The position numbers and the translations under genes are program-made. The notes beneath the pieces are model-generated. The model ran no database searches. It saw nothing but the letters and a program-made list of their open reading frames with translations, and was not told the DNA's origin. From Spirochaetaceae bacterium (GTDB taxonomy: Bacteria > Spirochaetota > Spirochaetia > DSM-2461), in contig JAOPTT010000004.1 in assembly GCA_051531975.1 (NCBI GenBank), positions 160,001 through 224,000 of the forward strand: a stretch of 64,000 nucleotides of DNA, in the 5' to 3' direction. Numbering within the stretch: the first letter of the stretch is position 1; every line of letters starts with the position of its first letter. Positions 10,110 through 19,040 of this stretch are shown in pieces.

Positions 10110-10183
10110 GGTACCTGTCCTTTAGAATCAAGTCCTTATTTTTTAAAAATATGAATAAATGTCACCTTTCCCAAGAATAGATG
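10110..10183 (-). promoter_or_regulatory. Candidate structured 5' leader of the pan operon (two bulged-A hairpins)
   Basis: Minus-strand RNA hairpins CAUCU-A-UUC-UUGG-GAA-AGGUG (10163-10183) and GG-ACUUG-A-UUC-UAAA-GGA-CAGGU-A-CC (10110-10135). The second covers the AAGGA SD. Confidence 0.45.
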
Positions 10184-10190
10184 CTCTTTA

Positions 10191-10219
10191 ATAGTATTAA
10201 TAGTAGGAATAAATGTCAA
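10191..10219 (-). promoter_or_regulatory. Sigma70 promoter of the pan/coa operon
   Basis: TTGACA (10214-10219)-N17-TACTAT (10191-10196) on the minus strand. Confidence 0.65.
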
Positions 10220-10236
10220 TCAACAAGGTATTGACG

Positions 10237-10265
10237 TTGTATGATTAGTATGTTGGGCGTATAAT
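10237..10265 (+). promoter_or_regulatory. Sigma70 promoter, leaderless-type, for the lipoprotein pair
   Basis: TTGTAT-N17-TATAAT ending 6 nt before ATG 10272; no SD. Confidence 0.55.
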
Positions 10266-10271
10266 ATAAAC

Positions 10272-11672
10272 ATGAAAAGAATATGCTTATTAGCTATCTC
10301 TGTTATTCTTATCTCATCTTGTGGCAATCTTTCTTTAGATACAGATTCTGTAATAGTTGACTCCATAGACCCTGGTCAAGTTCTTACAATAGGGGATGTT
10401 TTTGATATTTCTCTTACTAAAAGCAGCGACTCTGTTATAGTTGATTTAACTTCTGCAATTGTAAAAATTACCCCTTTAGACCACAATAATATGAACAATG
10501 AATTCAGGGAAACTCTTGAATATGATATAGATTTAGAAGAGTATCCTAATCCTAAATTTGAAGTTACTACTGATTTTCAAGACGGTCTCTATAATATACA
10601 AATAACAGTATATGACAATGATTCTATAGCAAGTGAATATGAAGCAGAATTTATTGTATATTCTGGTTTTTTAAGTGGAAGCGTTTTTGGATTGCATCCG
10701 TCTCTATATCTATATACAAATTCTAAAGTACTTTTGGAAAGTGAAGTAACATATTCAGAATATATTGATCCATATCTTGTATGGAGTTTTGAAGATGAAG
10801 TCTTTTTTGAAGGATACCTCTCAGATGGTACAAATTCAGCAGTTTGGGATACATTAGATCGGGTAGGATTTATTGATATAAAGTTAGAACTATATCCATA
10901 TAAACTTGAATCTTATGTTGAGTCAAATATTTACGTAAACTTCTCATTTGTAATAAACCCGATAATGGTTGAACTTTCTTTAAGTCAAAATTATGAAAAC
11001 GAATTTAAGGTTCTCTATTTTAATGGTAATTATATTGATGAAGTTAATAAAGAACTAGAAATCTACTCTTATGGTGAAACTAACCCAATGTTAGTTCAAG
11101 ATTTTTATGGAATGGAAATTAATTCTGATCAAGGCTTTTTATCAGATGACTCTCTGTTTCCATTTGATCCAATAGACAACGGTATTGATCCAATAGATAA
11201 CAGCATAAAAGACTTCTCTATACTCTTAGATTTTATACCTCTAAACAGTAATGATGGATCAATAATCTATAACGAACATGGAAATTACACATTTAGTCTG
11301 TTTAGTCAGGACGGTTTTTTAAAAAACTCAATTACATCTTCTGATATAAATTCCGAAGTTGTGGATATTGTTAAACTTATTGAAGGTCAAAGCATCAATT
11401 TAATAATTAACTTTTCACTTATTGAGACTGGATTTAGTATCGATTATTATATCGATTCAATTTTAGTGAATAGTTCTGAACTTATAATTGATAACAACTT
11501 GTTAGTAGATGAGCCTTTTAGCAGGTCTATAATTGTGGGGGGCTATAGTGACACCATTGGATTTAATGCTGTACTAGATACTCTTCAGGTAAGTAATTAT
11601 TTGCTTATTGATTTAAATGATTCAAATATAACTGATTTACCAATTTTGGAATCTATTATTGAAGAATTATAA
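10272..11672 (+). CDS. Acidic beta-rich lipoprotein, hypothetical (C-terminus possibly LamG/ConA-like)
   Basis: Lipobox LISSC; long ORF rich in Asp/Glu/Ile; no recognised catalytic motif. Confidence 0.7.
   Translation: MKRICLLAISVILISSCGNLSLDTDSVIVDSIDPGQVLTIGDVFDISLTKSSDSVIVDLTSAIVKITPLDHNNMNNEFRETLEYDIDLEEYPNPKFEVTTDFQDGLYNIQITVYDNDSIASEYEAEFIVYSGFLSGSVFGLHPSLYLYTNSKVLLESEVTYSEYIDPYLVWSFEDEVFFEGYLSDGTNSAVWDTLDRVGFIDIKLELYPYKLESYVESNIYVNFSFVINPIMVELSLSQNYENEFKVLYFNGNYIDEVNKELEIYSYGETNPMLVQDFYGMEINSDQGFLSDDSLFPFDPIDNGIDPIDNSIKDFSILLDFIPLNSNDGSIIYNEHGNYTFSLFSQDGFLKNSITSSDINSEVVDIVKLIEGQSINLIINFSLIETGFSIDYYIDSILVNSSELIIDNNLLVDEPFSRSIIVGGYSDTIGFNAVLDTLQVSNYLLIDLNDSNITDLPILESIIEEL
11164..11201 (+). 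repeat. Imperfect in-frame tandem duplication with 21-bp period
   Basis: TTGATCCAATAGACAAC and TTGATCCAATAGATAAC, encoding DPIDNG-IDPIDNS. Confidence 0.8.
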
Positions 11673-13029
11673 AATATGTCTTTCTCTTGTAATTCTGTTT
11701 TTATTCTCATGTCAGACAAATAAAATTCCTAGCTGGGTGACGGAGCCCCCAGAAGATGATGATATTTCTATTTATATTGTTGGACATGGAGTTAATAACG
11801 ATCCAGAAGAACAGATCAAGGCATCTTTTGAATCTGTAATAGACCAACTTTACTCCAGATTTGAAATACCTTCCAATAACTATTTGAATTCAACTCTAGA
11901 TCTGCTTTTAGAAGAGGCATATAAGAGAAGCTTAACAGACTTTGAGCAGAAAATTTCTATATTAGATAAATGGAACAACGATGAAAATCTTTATATTCTT
12001 GTTAGAATAAATAGATCTTTTTTTACACCTATAATCGAATTATATGCAAACCGGTATGATGAAATGATAGATTATTCCCATGAAAGTGAAACTTTAGGTG
12101 ATAAGTTGTTAACAGATGGAGAAATGTTTAAATCCTTTGACAGCTATCTAACAGCTCTCGGTTTTATGTTAGACAAAGAAGATGAGTTTTACTCACATTC
12201 AATTCTTGATATTATGGATAAAATATACAGTCTTGTTGATTCTATAGAATATCGTTTATTAGAATCATTTGATACTTTAACTATCGATTATCCTATTCAA
12301 AATAGACTTTTATTTGAAGTTAATGACAATTCTAATAAAGATTATAATGGTTTTTCATATAAAATCTCTTTTACTGAAGGTTGGGATTCCAGAGTAAGGG
12401 TTACGACAATACCTATTAGAGATAACTTTATAGAGTTTATCCCCCCTAAACCCCTAAAAAGTGGTACTTCAGAAATAATCACAATTCTAAATATCGATGA
12501 ACTATTTAATGTATTCACTCCTTGGCAAAATAATCATAACTTAGAATCCCAGATAGGTCTGTTCAAAACTAAATTGGAAAAATTATTAGAAGAATCTAAA
12601 ACCTCTATTAAATACAATGTAAAATCAGATCTTCAGTCTATACCAAAACTTATAGCTTTTAAAAATGGTATGGTATTAGAGGGTGTTAACAGGTTCTTAT
12701 TAGATAAAGGGAATCCAGTGGAGGTTACACCTCAGTATCAATTAGATGAGCCACTACAAAGCTATTTAAGAGAGTTAGATAGAATAACAGACGGGTTTTA
12801 TAATTATCTGATAATAGGGGATGAAATTAAGGAAGTTATAGAAACACAAGATGATCAAATCTTGATTAAATTAACAGGTAGTTTCTCTTTAATAGATATT
12901 CGTACAAGTAAAATTTTAAAAACAGAGTCAGTTAGTGCCGAATATAGTGGGGAACTTGGAAGTGAAAGTTTTGCATATTTAAGTTACGGATTAGAAGTTG
13001 GAAAAATTATTCACGAATTAAAATTCTGA
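11659..13029 (+). CDS. Lipoprotein, hypothetical (LPP20-like N-terminus)
   Basis: TTG start overlapping the upstream gene; lipobox FLFSC followed by PSWVTEPP...YIVGHG. Confidence 0.7.
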   Translation: MKNYKICLSLVILFLFSCQTNKIPSWVTEPPEDDDISIYIVGHGVNNDPEEQIKASFESVIDQLYSRFEIPSNNYLNSTLDLLLEEAYKRSLTDFEQKISILDKWNNDENLYILVRINRSFFTPIIELYANRYDEMIDYSHESETLGDKLLTDGEMFKSFDSYLTALGFMLDKEDEFYSHSILDIMDKIYSLVDSIEYRLLESFDTLTIDYPIQNRLLFEVNDNSNKDYNGFSYKISFTEGWDSRVRVTTIPIRDNFIEFIPPKPLKSGTSEIITILNIDELFNVFTPWQNNHNLESQIGLFKTKLEKLLEESKTSIKYNVKSDLQSIPKLIAFKNGMVLEGVNRFLLDKGNPVEVTPQYQLDEPLQSYLRELDRITDGFYNYLIIGDEIKEVIETQDDQILIKLTGSFSLIDIRTSKILKTESVSAEYSGELGSESFAYLSYGLEVGKIIHELKF

Positions 13030-13718
13030 GGGAAATTACTACAGATCCCAATACAACCAGCTTTTTCTGCTAATTTAAAGTCTTCTGGACTATCGACAGT
13101 CCAGGTATAACATTTCTTTTTTAGAATCTTTGTATAGATGTAAAAATGTAACCCTTTTAGCTGAGTTATATTTGGTTTTATTATATCGACTTTAGTAAAA
13201 AACAGACCTAATCCATTTCTTAAAAAAAATGGAAGTGTTTTCTTTTTACAATAGAGAATTGCTGTTGGGATATTACTTTTAAATCTATTGAAGTGTAATA
13301 ATACTAGAGGATCAAAACTAGATATAAAACAATGTTGTTGTAGATTATGTTTCATGATCAATTCAAATAGCTTTTTCACTAATTCTTTTCTATTCTTTTT
13401 AGGGGATTTTACTTCGATGTCATAATGAATCTTATCTTTTAACAGTAAAAAAACATCTTCTAATAGTGGAATAGATTGTTCCTCTCCAATATCTAATTTT
13501 TTTAGTTCAGAATAATTTGTTTCACAAACCTCATTATAAATACCAGTCATGTTGTAGGTATTAAAATCGTGAATTACAACTAATTGTCCATCGGCAGACA
13601 TATGTATATCGAGCTCCACTCCTTCAATGTTGTGGGTTAATAGTAGTGCAAAACTTTTTAAGCTATTTTCTGGTGCTAAAGATGGAATACCTCTATGACC
13701 GTATACTTTAGGTTTCAT
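13011..13718 (-). CDS. Glycerophosphodiester phosphodiesterase
   Basis: GHRG...APENS, VELDIH, VVIHD, IEVK, ISSFD, WTVD. Confidence 0.93.
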   Translation of the reverse strand: MKPKVYGHRGIPSLAPENSLKSFALLLTHNIEGVELDIHMSADGQLVVIHDFNTYNMTGIYNEVCETNYSELKKLDIGEEQSIPLLEDVFLLLKDKIHYDIEVKSPKKNRKELVKKLFELIMKHNLQQHCFISSFDPLVLLHFNRFKSNIPTAILYCKKKTLPFFLRNGLGLFFTKVDIIKPNITQLKGLHFYIYTKILKKKCYTWTVDSPEDFKLAEKAGCIGICSNFPQNFNS

Positions 13719-13725
13719 GTATAAG

Positions 13726-13754
13726 ATAATAATATTGTTTTTATGTTATCTCAA
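13726..13754 (-). promoter_or_regulatory. Sigma70 promoter, leaderless-type, for the GDPD gene
   Basis: TTGAGA-N17-TATTAT ending 7 nt before ATG 13718; no SD. Confidence 0.55.
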
Positions 13755-13793
13755 TCTTTAAAGAGTTAAATATTTGTTATATTCTTCAGTGGT

Positions 13794-15158
13794 ATGAAAA
13801 ATTTTAATTACGATCCAGACGATCTTATTGTAGCACTTGCAACACCATGGGCTGAGAGTGCCTTGGCAATTATAAGAACTAGTGGTTCTGGATCTATAGA
13901 AAAAACAGCAGAATTATTCTCAAATGGTAAAAAACTACTGAATTCAGATCATAATCAGATGAATTATGGGTTTATATTAGATCCTTTAACAAAAGAGAAG
14001 TTAGACGAGGTAATGGTTGCAACCTTTAGAGCACCAAATGGTTATACTGGACAGGATAGTACTGAAATTTATTGTCATGGTAGTTTACCTGGTATCAAAA
14101 GAATTATTGATGCCTTTAAAAATATAGGTTTTAGAAATGCATCTCCTGGTGAATATACTTTTAGAGCATTTGCCAGTGGGAAAATGGATTTAACTAGAGC
14201 GGAAGCTGTTCAGGATATTGTTAGTGCAAAATCTAAAGAGGCACAATCTTTAGCATTAAATAGACTTTCTGGTAATATTGAAGATAAGATCAATCAAATT
14301 AAGAGTCTTGTTTTAAATACTATATCAGCAATTGAGATTCAGTTAGATTACCCTGAAGATGAGGGTGGTTTAGCCCATGTTCCAATTCATGATATTTTAA
14401 CGGCTGAGAAATCAATTGAGAAACTTTTAGCAACTTATAGTGCAGGGCGAATTTATAAAGAAGGTGTTAAAGTTGTCTTAGCTGGTAAAACAAATGCTGG
14501 AAAATCATCACTGTTTAATCTGTTTTTAAGAGAAGATAGATCTATTGTTTCTGAAGTTCATGGAACAACAAGAGACTATTTAGAGTCTTGGATCTCTTTA
14601 GGTGGTATACCTGTAAAAATATATGATACTGCAGGAATTAGAAACGCCACAGATTCAGTTGAGATTGAAGGAATTAAACGAACTCAGAATATTGTAGAGA
14701 ATGCAGATATTATTATCTACTTGGTTGATGGATCTGAAGGTTTGCAAGATGATGAAAAAGAGCAGTTTAATAAATTAAAAGTCAAAGAAAATTTTATTGC
14801 TTTATGGAGTAAAATAGATAACCCAGGTGTTATTGCTCCGGAAGGTTTTTTAGGTATAAGTACAATAAATCATGAAGGTTTTACTGAACTAGAAGAGTTA
14901 ATAAAAGAGAAAATATTCAAAGGTAATTATGTTCAAACTGATGATGCTGTTATAGATTCAGAGAGACAGAAGGATCTACTTGAAAAATGTCTAAGCGAAT
15001 TAAAATTATTTAGAGATGGTATGGCATCTGGGACTCCATTAGATTTAGTTGCCCAGGATATAAAAGAAGCATTAGATTGTTTAGGCGAGATTACAGGAGA
15101 AGTAACCACCGCTGATATTTTAGAAAATATGTTCTCCCAATTTTGTGTAGGAAAATAA
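13794..15158 (+). CDS. mnmE: tRNA uridine-34 modification GTPase
   Basis: [19 protein letters not shown]-terminal FCVGK. Confidence 0.97.
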   Translation: MKNFNYDPDDLIVALATPWAESALAIIRTSGSGSIEKTAELFSNGKKLLNSDHNQMNYGFILDPLTKEKLDEVMVATFRAPNGYTGQDSTEIYCHGSLPGIKRIIDAFKNIGFRNASPGEYTFRAFASGKMDLTRAEAVQDIVSAKSKEAQSLALNRLSGNIEDKINQIKSLVLNTISAIEIQLDYPEDEGGLAHVPIHDILTAEKSIEKLLATYSAGRIYKEGVKVVLAGKTNAGKSSLFNLFLREDRSIVSEVHGTTRDYLESWISLGGIPVKIYDTAGIRNATDSVEIEGIKRTQNIVENADIIIYLVDGSEGLQDDEKEQFNKLKVKENFIALWSKIDNPGVIAPEGFLGISTINHEGFTELEELIKEKIFKGNYVQTDDAVIDSERQKDLLEKCLSELKLFRDGMASGTPLDLVAQDIKEALDCLGEITGEVTTADILENMFSQFCVGK

Positions 15159-15160
15159 AT

Positions 15161-17011
15161 ATGGATTATGATTCAATAGTAGTAGGTGCTGGGCACGCAG
15201 GTATAGAAGCGTCTTTAGCACTATCAAGAATGGGGTTTAAAACCCTTTTAATAACTCAAAACTTAGACCAAATAGGGAAGCTATCTTGTAACCCTGCAAT
15301 AGGTGGTCTTGCAAAGGGTAATATGGTTCGGGAGATTGATGCATTAGGTGGTCAGATGGCTAAACTAATAGATGCATCAATGATTCAGTTTAGAATATTA
15401 AATCAGAGTAGAGGCCCTGCTGTACAAGCTCCTAGAGCCCAGGCTGATAGGTTTTTATACCAGACGTTAGCCAAGAAAACTGTAGAGTCACAAAATAATC
15501 TTTCTGTTTTTCAGGACACTGTCGTTGAGATTTTAACTGACAAAAAAAATGAAAACTGTACTGGTGTGAAAACTGAGCGTGGTAACAGTATTAGTGCAAA
15601 AAGTGTAATAATATCTGCAGGGACTTTCTTGGATGGTAAAGTCTTTATTGGTAAATATACAGCTTCAAGTGGACGTATAGGTGAACCCGCTGCGATAGGG
15701 CTAGGAGCTGATCTAAGGTCTAAAGGCTTTAATTTAGGGCGAATGAAAACTGGAACTCCTGCAAGAATAAAAAAATCCTCAGTAGACTTTTCAAAGATGG
15801 AAGAGCAGAGTGGGGATGCTACAATGTATCCGTTTTCATTTAGTTATGATGAAATAGTTGATCGACCATACGTTCCTTGTCATATAACTTATACAAATGA
15901 TGAAACACACAAAATAATCTCAGATAATATGCACTTATCACCTCTGTATGGTGGTGATATCGTTGGTAAAGGTCCACGTTATTGTCCTTCAATTGAGGAT
16001 AAAGTGACTAGATTTCCTGAAAGAGGAAGACATCAGATTTTTATAGAACCAGAAGGTATGAATACTGAAGAGATGTATATGAATGGTATATCATCTTCTC
16101 TGCCAGAAGATGTTCAAGCACAATTTATTAGAACTATTCCAGGGCTTGAAAACGTAGAGATTATGAGACCAGGATATGCCGTAGAATACGATTATATTGA
16201 CCCAACATCTCTCTATCCAACTTTAGAGACAAAAGCTCTTAGTGGGCTCTATTTTGCTGGTCAAACAAATGGTACCTCTGGGTACGAAGAGGCTGGAGTT
16301 CAGGGATTAATGGCAGGTATTAATGCTGGATTAAAAATGAGAGGTGAGGAACCTCTAATACTAAATAGATCTGAAGCCTATGCTGGAGTATTAATCGATG
16401 ATCTTGTTACAACAGGAACCGATGAACCATATAGAATGTTTACTTCTAGGGCTGAATATAGGTTAAACCTTAGACACGATGCCGCTGATATTAGACTTTT
16501 TGAAATGGGGCAAAGAGCGGGAATTAGAACCTCGGAAGATATTTTGAAATTCCAGGAGAAAGTTAAAAATATAGATGCAATCAAAGACTTATTAAGAGAT
16601 AGTAGAATTAAAAAAGAGCTTTTATCAGAAACAATAAAAGAGAATGCATTAGGCAAAACCTTATACGATGTGGTTAAAGATCCAACAATTTCAATTCATA
16701 ATGTAAAAGAGGTTGTTCCTGAATTAGAAAAATATTCTGAACCACTTTTAAATCATGTAGAGTTGGATATCAAATATGAGGGTTATATAGTTAAACAAAA
16801 CCAACAAGTAAAAAAATTCATGAAAATGGAAAAAGTAAAAATTCCAGTCGATTATGATTTTAAAGCTATTGATGGATTATCAAATGAGTCCAAAGAGAAG
16901 CTTACAAAAATAAAACCTCTAAGTGTAGGACAAGCATCTAGAATATCAGGTGTGAGAACCTCAGATATTGCAGTTCTTCTGCTAATGCTTGGAAAAGGTG
17001 GTAAGAAGTAG
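15161..17011 (+). CDS. mnmG: tRNA uridine-5-carboxymethylaminomethyl(34) synthesis enzyme (GidA)
   Basis: [54 protein letters not shown]. Start moved to ATG 15161, just after the mnmE stop. Confidence 0.97.
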   Translation: MDYDSIVVGAGHAGIEASLALSRMGFKTLLITQNLDQIGKLSCNPAIGGLAKGNMVREIDALGGQMAKLIDASMIQFRILNQSRGPAVQAPRAQADRFLYQTLAKKTVESQNNLSVFQDTVVEILTDKKNENCTGVKTERGNSISAKSVIISAGTFLDGKVFIGKYTASSGRIGEPAAIGLGADLRSKGFNLGRMKTGTPARIKKSSVDFSKMEEQSGDATMYPFSFSYDEIVDRPYVPCHITYTNDETHKIISDNMHLSPLYGGDIVGKGPRYCPSIEDKVTRFPERGRHQIFIEPEGMNTEEMYMNGISSSLPEDVQAQFIRTIPGLENVEIMRPGYAVEYDYIDPTSLYPTLETKALSGLYFAGQTNGTSGYEEAGVQGLMAGINAGLKMRGEEPLILNRSEAYAGVLIDDLVTTGTDEPYRMFTSRAEYRLNLRHDAADIRLFEMGQRAGIRTSEDILKFQEKVKNIDAIKDLLRDSRIKKELLSETIKENALGKTLYDVVKDPTISIHNVKEVVPELEKYSEPLLNHVELDIKYEGYIVKQNQQVKKFMKMEKVKIPVDYDFKAIDGLSNESKEKLTKIKPLSVGQASRISGVRTSDIAVLLLMLGKGGKK

Positions 17012-17634
17012 TGTCAGTATTAATAGATGGATTAAAAGAACTAAAAATAGATTATGCAAGTGAGCAGTTAGATTTAATTACTGAATATATAGATGAAGTA
17101 ATGTTATTTAATCCTAAGTATAGCCTTGTAAATGCAACAGGAGATACTTTTATTATTAAACATATTTTAGACTCATTAGCTGGAGTTCATGAAATTAGAA
17201 AACTTGATCCAAAAACAATAGCCGATGTTGGTTCTGGTGGTGGTTTCCCAGGAATTCCATTAGCCATAATATTACCAGAAGTTGAATTTCATCTGATTGA
17301 AAGGTCTGGGAAAAGGTGTAATTTTTTAAGAAATGCAATATTAACCCTTGGGCTTAAAAATGTAACTGTTAGAGAGTCTGCTGTAGAGAAAATAAAAGAG
17401 AGGTTTGACATTGTAACCTTTAGAGCATTTACTCCAATGGAGCCACCAATAACAAAATGTCTACTTTCCTTATTAAATGATGAAGGGATTATATTTGCAT
17501 ATAAAGGTAAAAAAGAGACTATAGTTCAAGAACTTAAAGTTATTGATAATTTAGTGAACGATACAAAGATAATACCTATAAAAGTGCCTTTCTTAGATGA
17601 TAAGCGTAACTTTTTAATACTAAGTAATAATTAG
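17011..17634 (+). CDS. rsmG: 16S rRNA m7G527 methyltransferase (GidB)
   Basis: HILDSL, DVGSGGGFPGIPLA, FRAF; follows mnmG with a 1-nt overlap. Confidence 0.95.
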   Translation: MSVLIDGLKELKIDYASEQLDLITEYIDEVMLFNPKYSLVNATGDTFIIKHILDSLAGVHEIRKLDPKTIADVGSGGGFPGIPLAIILPEVEFHLIERSGKRCNFLRNAILTLGLKNVTVRESAVEKIKERFDIVTFRAFTPMEPPITKCLLSLLNDEGIIFAYKGKKETIVQELKVIDNLVNDTKIIPIKVPFLDDKRNFLILSNN

Positions 17635-18974
17635 TTATCAACTTTGTTGAGGAATTTTAGAAGTTTAGGCTTATCGATTAGATCAATAAGTCTTGCTTCA
17701 ACAAAGCTTTGAGCGCCTTCAGAAAAACTACCACATGTAAAACAAAAACCTCTACCAGCTCTAGTATCTTTTAATCTAGCATATAATTCTCTAATCACAA
17801 GTTCTCCAATGTCGCCCTCTGTTCTCATAAACTTAAAAAGGATAATATCTTCCCACTTTCTATTTTTTACTTCTGCAATAATTTCTACAAAGTCAGAACT
17901 TCCTTGAACTATATCAATTATTTTAATTGATGATTTAGAGAATGTAACTGCAACAATGCTTTTACATAAGTTAACATATTCAGGAGTTTGAGAATTAAGA
18001 TATGAACCAAGGTTTCTATTTACAGCTAACTCTTTAAATCTATTAAGTAAAATAGGAACATCTTTATAATTTATTGATAAATTATTAACTTTTTTCAAAT
18101 GCATTATAGAGTCATCGTGCTGTCCAGTTTTTGCAAAAACTAAAGCAAGTCTATAGTGTATCTCAACTTTAATATCCGAAACGATATTACTGTTTCTAAG
18201 ACCAACTTCAAAGTCTACTATTGCATCATCATAATTTCTTTGAGATGTATTAATTGTTCCTGCAAAAAGTGCTGCATTTGGGCCCCATTTATCATCTAGT
18301 CGGAGACCTGTAAATAGTTTTAATGCTCTGTCACTTTGGTTTACTTTATGGCAGCATTTAGCAAAGTTAAATACAGTTTCTTTATCGCTATAATCTGCTT
18401 CTACTGCTTTCGCTAAATGTGGATAGGCAAGTTTAAAATCTTTTAATTTAAAAAAGCTTAGCCCTAAATATTTTCTATTATCACTATCATTTGGTTTTTC
18501 GTCGACACACTTTTTTAATAGTCCTGCAGCTTTATCGTATTTTTTTAGTTTGTACTCAATTTTACCAAGAGTAGAGTTTAGAACATAGTTCTCTTTATCC
18601 AAGCTCCAAGCAAATAGAAGAGACTTATATGCTGTATCAAATGAGTGTAGTTGATAAGAACTCATACCATATCTAAAGTTAATTAACCCCTGATCCAGAG
18701 TAGGTTGAGTTACACATAGATCAAGAAGTATTCGATAAGTTTGTAATGCTTTCTCAAAGTTGTTTTCATTATAATATATATCTGCTAAAATCAGTAGTGC
18801 TGATGGGTCTCTAGGGTTATGTGCTAACCTTTTTGTTGCTTCTTTTAAAAGAGATTTTTTATCTTTTTTCTTATCGTGTCCATGAGCAACTTTATTTTTA
18901 AAGTAGAATACTATCCCTATAGTAGACATAATTACTAATAGGATAATAATAAGTGCTATTATGTTTGTAGTCAT
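17631..18974 (-). CDS. Membrane-anchored TPR protein with C-terminal Mrr-like (restriction endonuclease fold) domain
   Basis: N-terminal TM helix; multiple TPR-like repeats; C-terminus IGELVIRELY...GFCFTCGSFSEGA...IDLID matches the Mrr catalytic-domain pattern. Confidence 0.75.
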   Translation of the reverse strand: MTTNIIALIIILLVIMSTIGIVFYFKNKVAHGHDKKKDKKSLLKEATKRLAHNPRDPSALLILADIYYNENNFEKALQTYRILLDLCVTQPTLDQGLINFRYGMSSYQLHSFDTAYKSLLFAWSLDKENYVLNSTLGKIEYKLKKYDKAAGLLKKCVDEKPNDSDNRKYLGLSFFKLKDFKLAYPHLAKAVEADYSDKETVFNFAKCCHKVNQSDRALKLFTGLRLDDKWGPNAALFAGTINTSQRNYDDAIVDFEVGLRNSNIVSDIKVEIHYRLALVFAKTGQHDDSIMHLKKVNNLSINYKDVPILLNRFKELAVNRNLGSYLNSQTPEYVNLCKSIVAVTFSKSSIKIIDIVQGSSDFVEIIAEVKNRKWEDIILFKFMRTEGDIGELVIRELYARLKDTRAGRGFCFTCGSFSEGAQSFVEARLIDLIDKPKLLKFLNKVDN

Positions 18975-19040
18975 ATGATATTATGCTATCAGTAAACTTC
19001 AAATGTCAAGAAACTAAATTAAATAGGATTGAAGGTATAC

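Noticed and set aside
13794..17634. Replication origin near mnmE-mnmG-rsmG
   Set aside because: No dnaA, parAB or rpmH, no DnaA-box cluster seen, and no sizeable intergenic gap.
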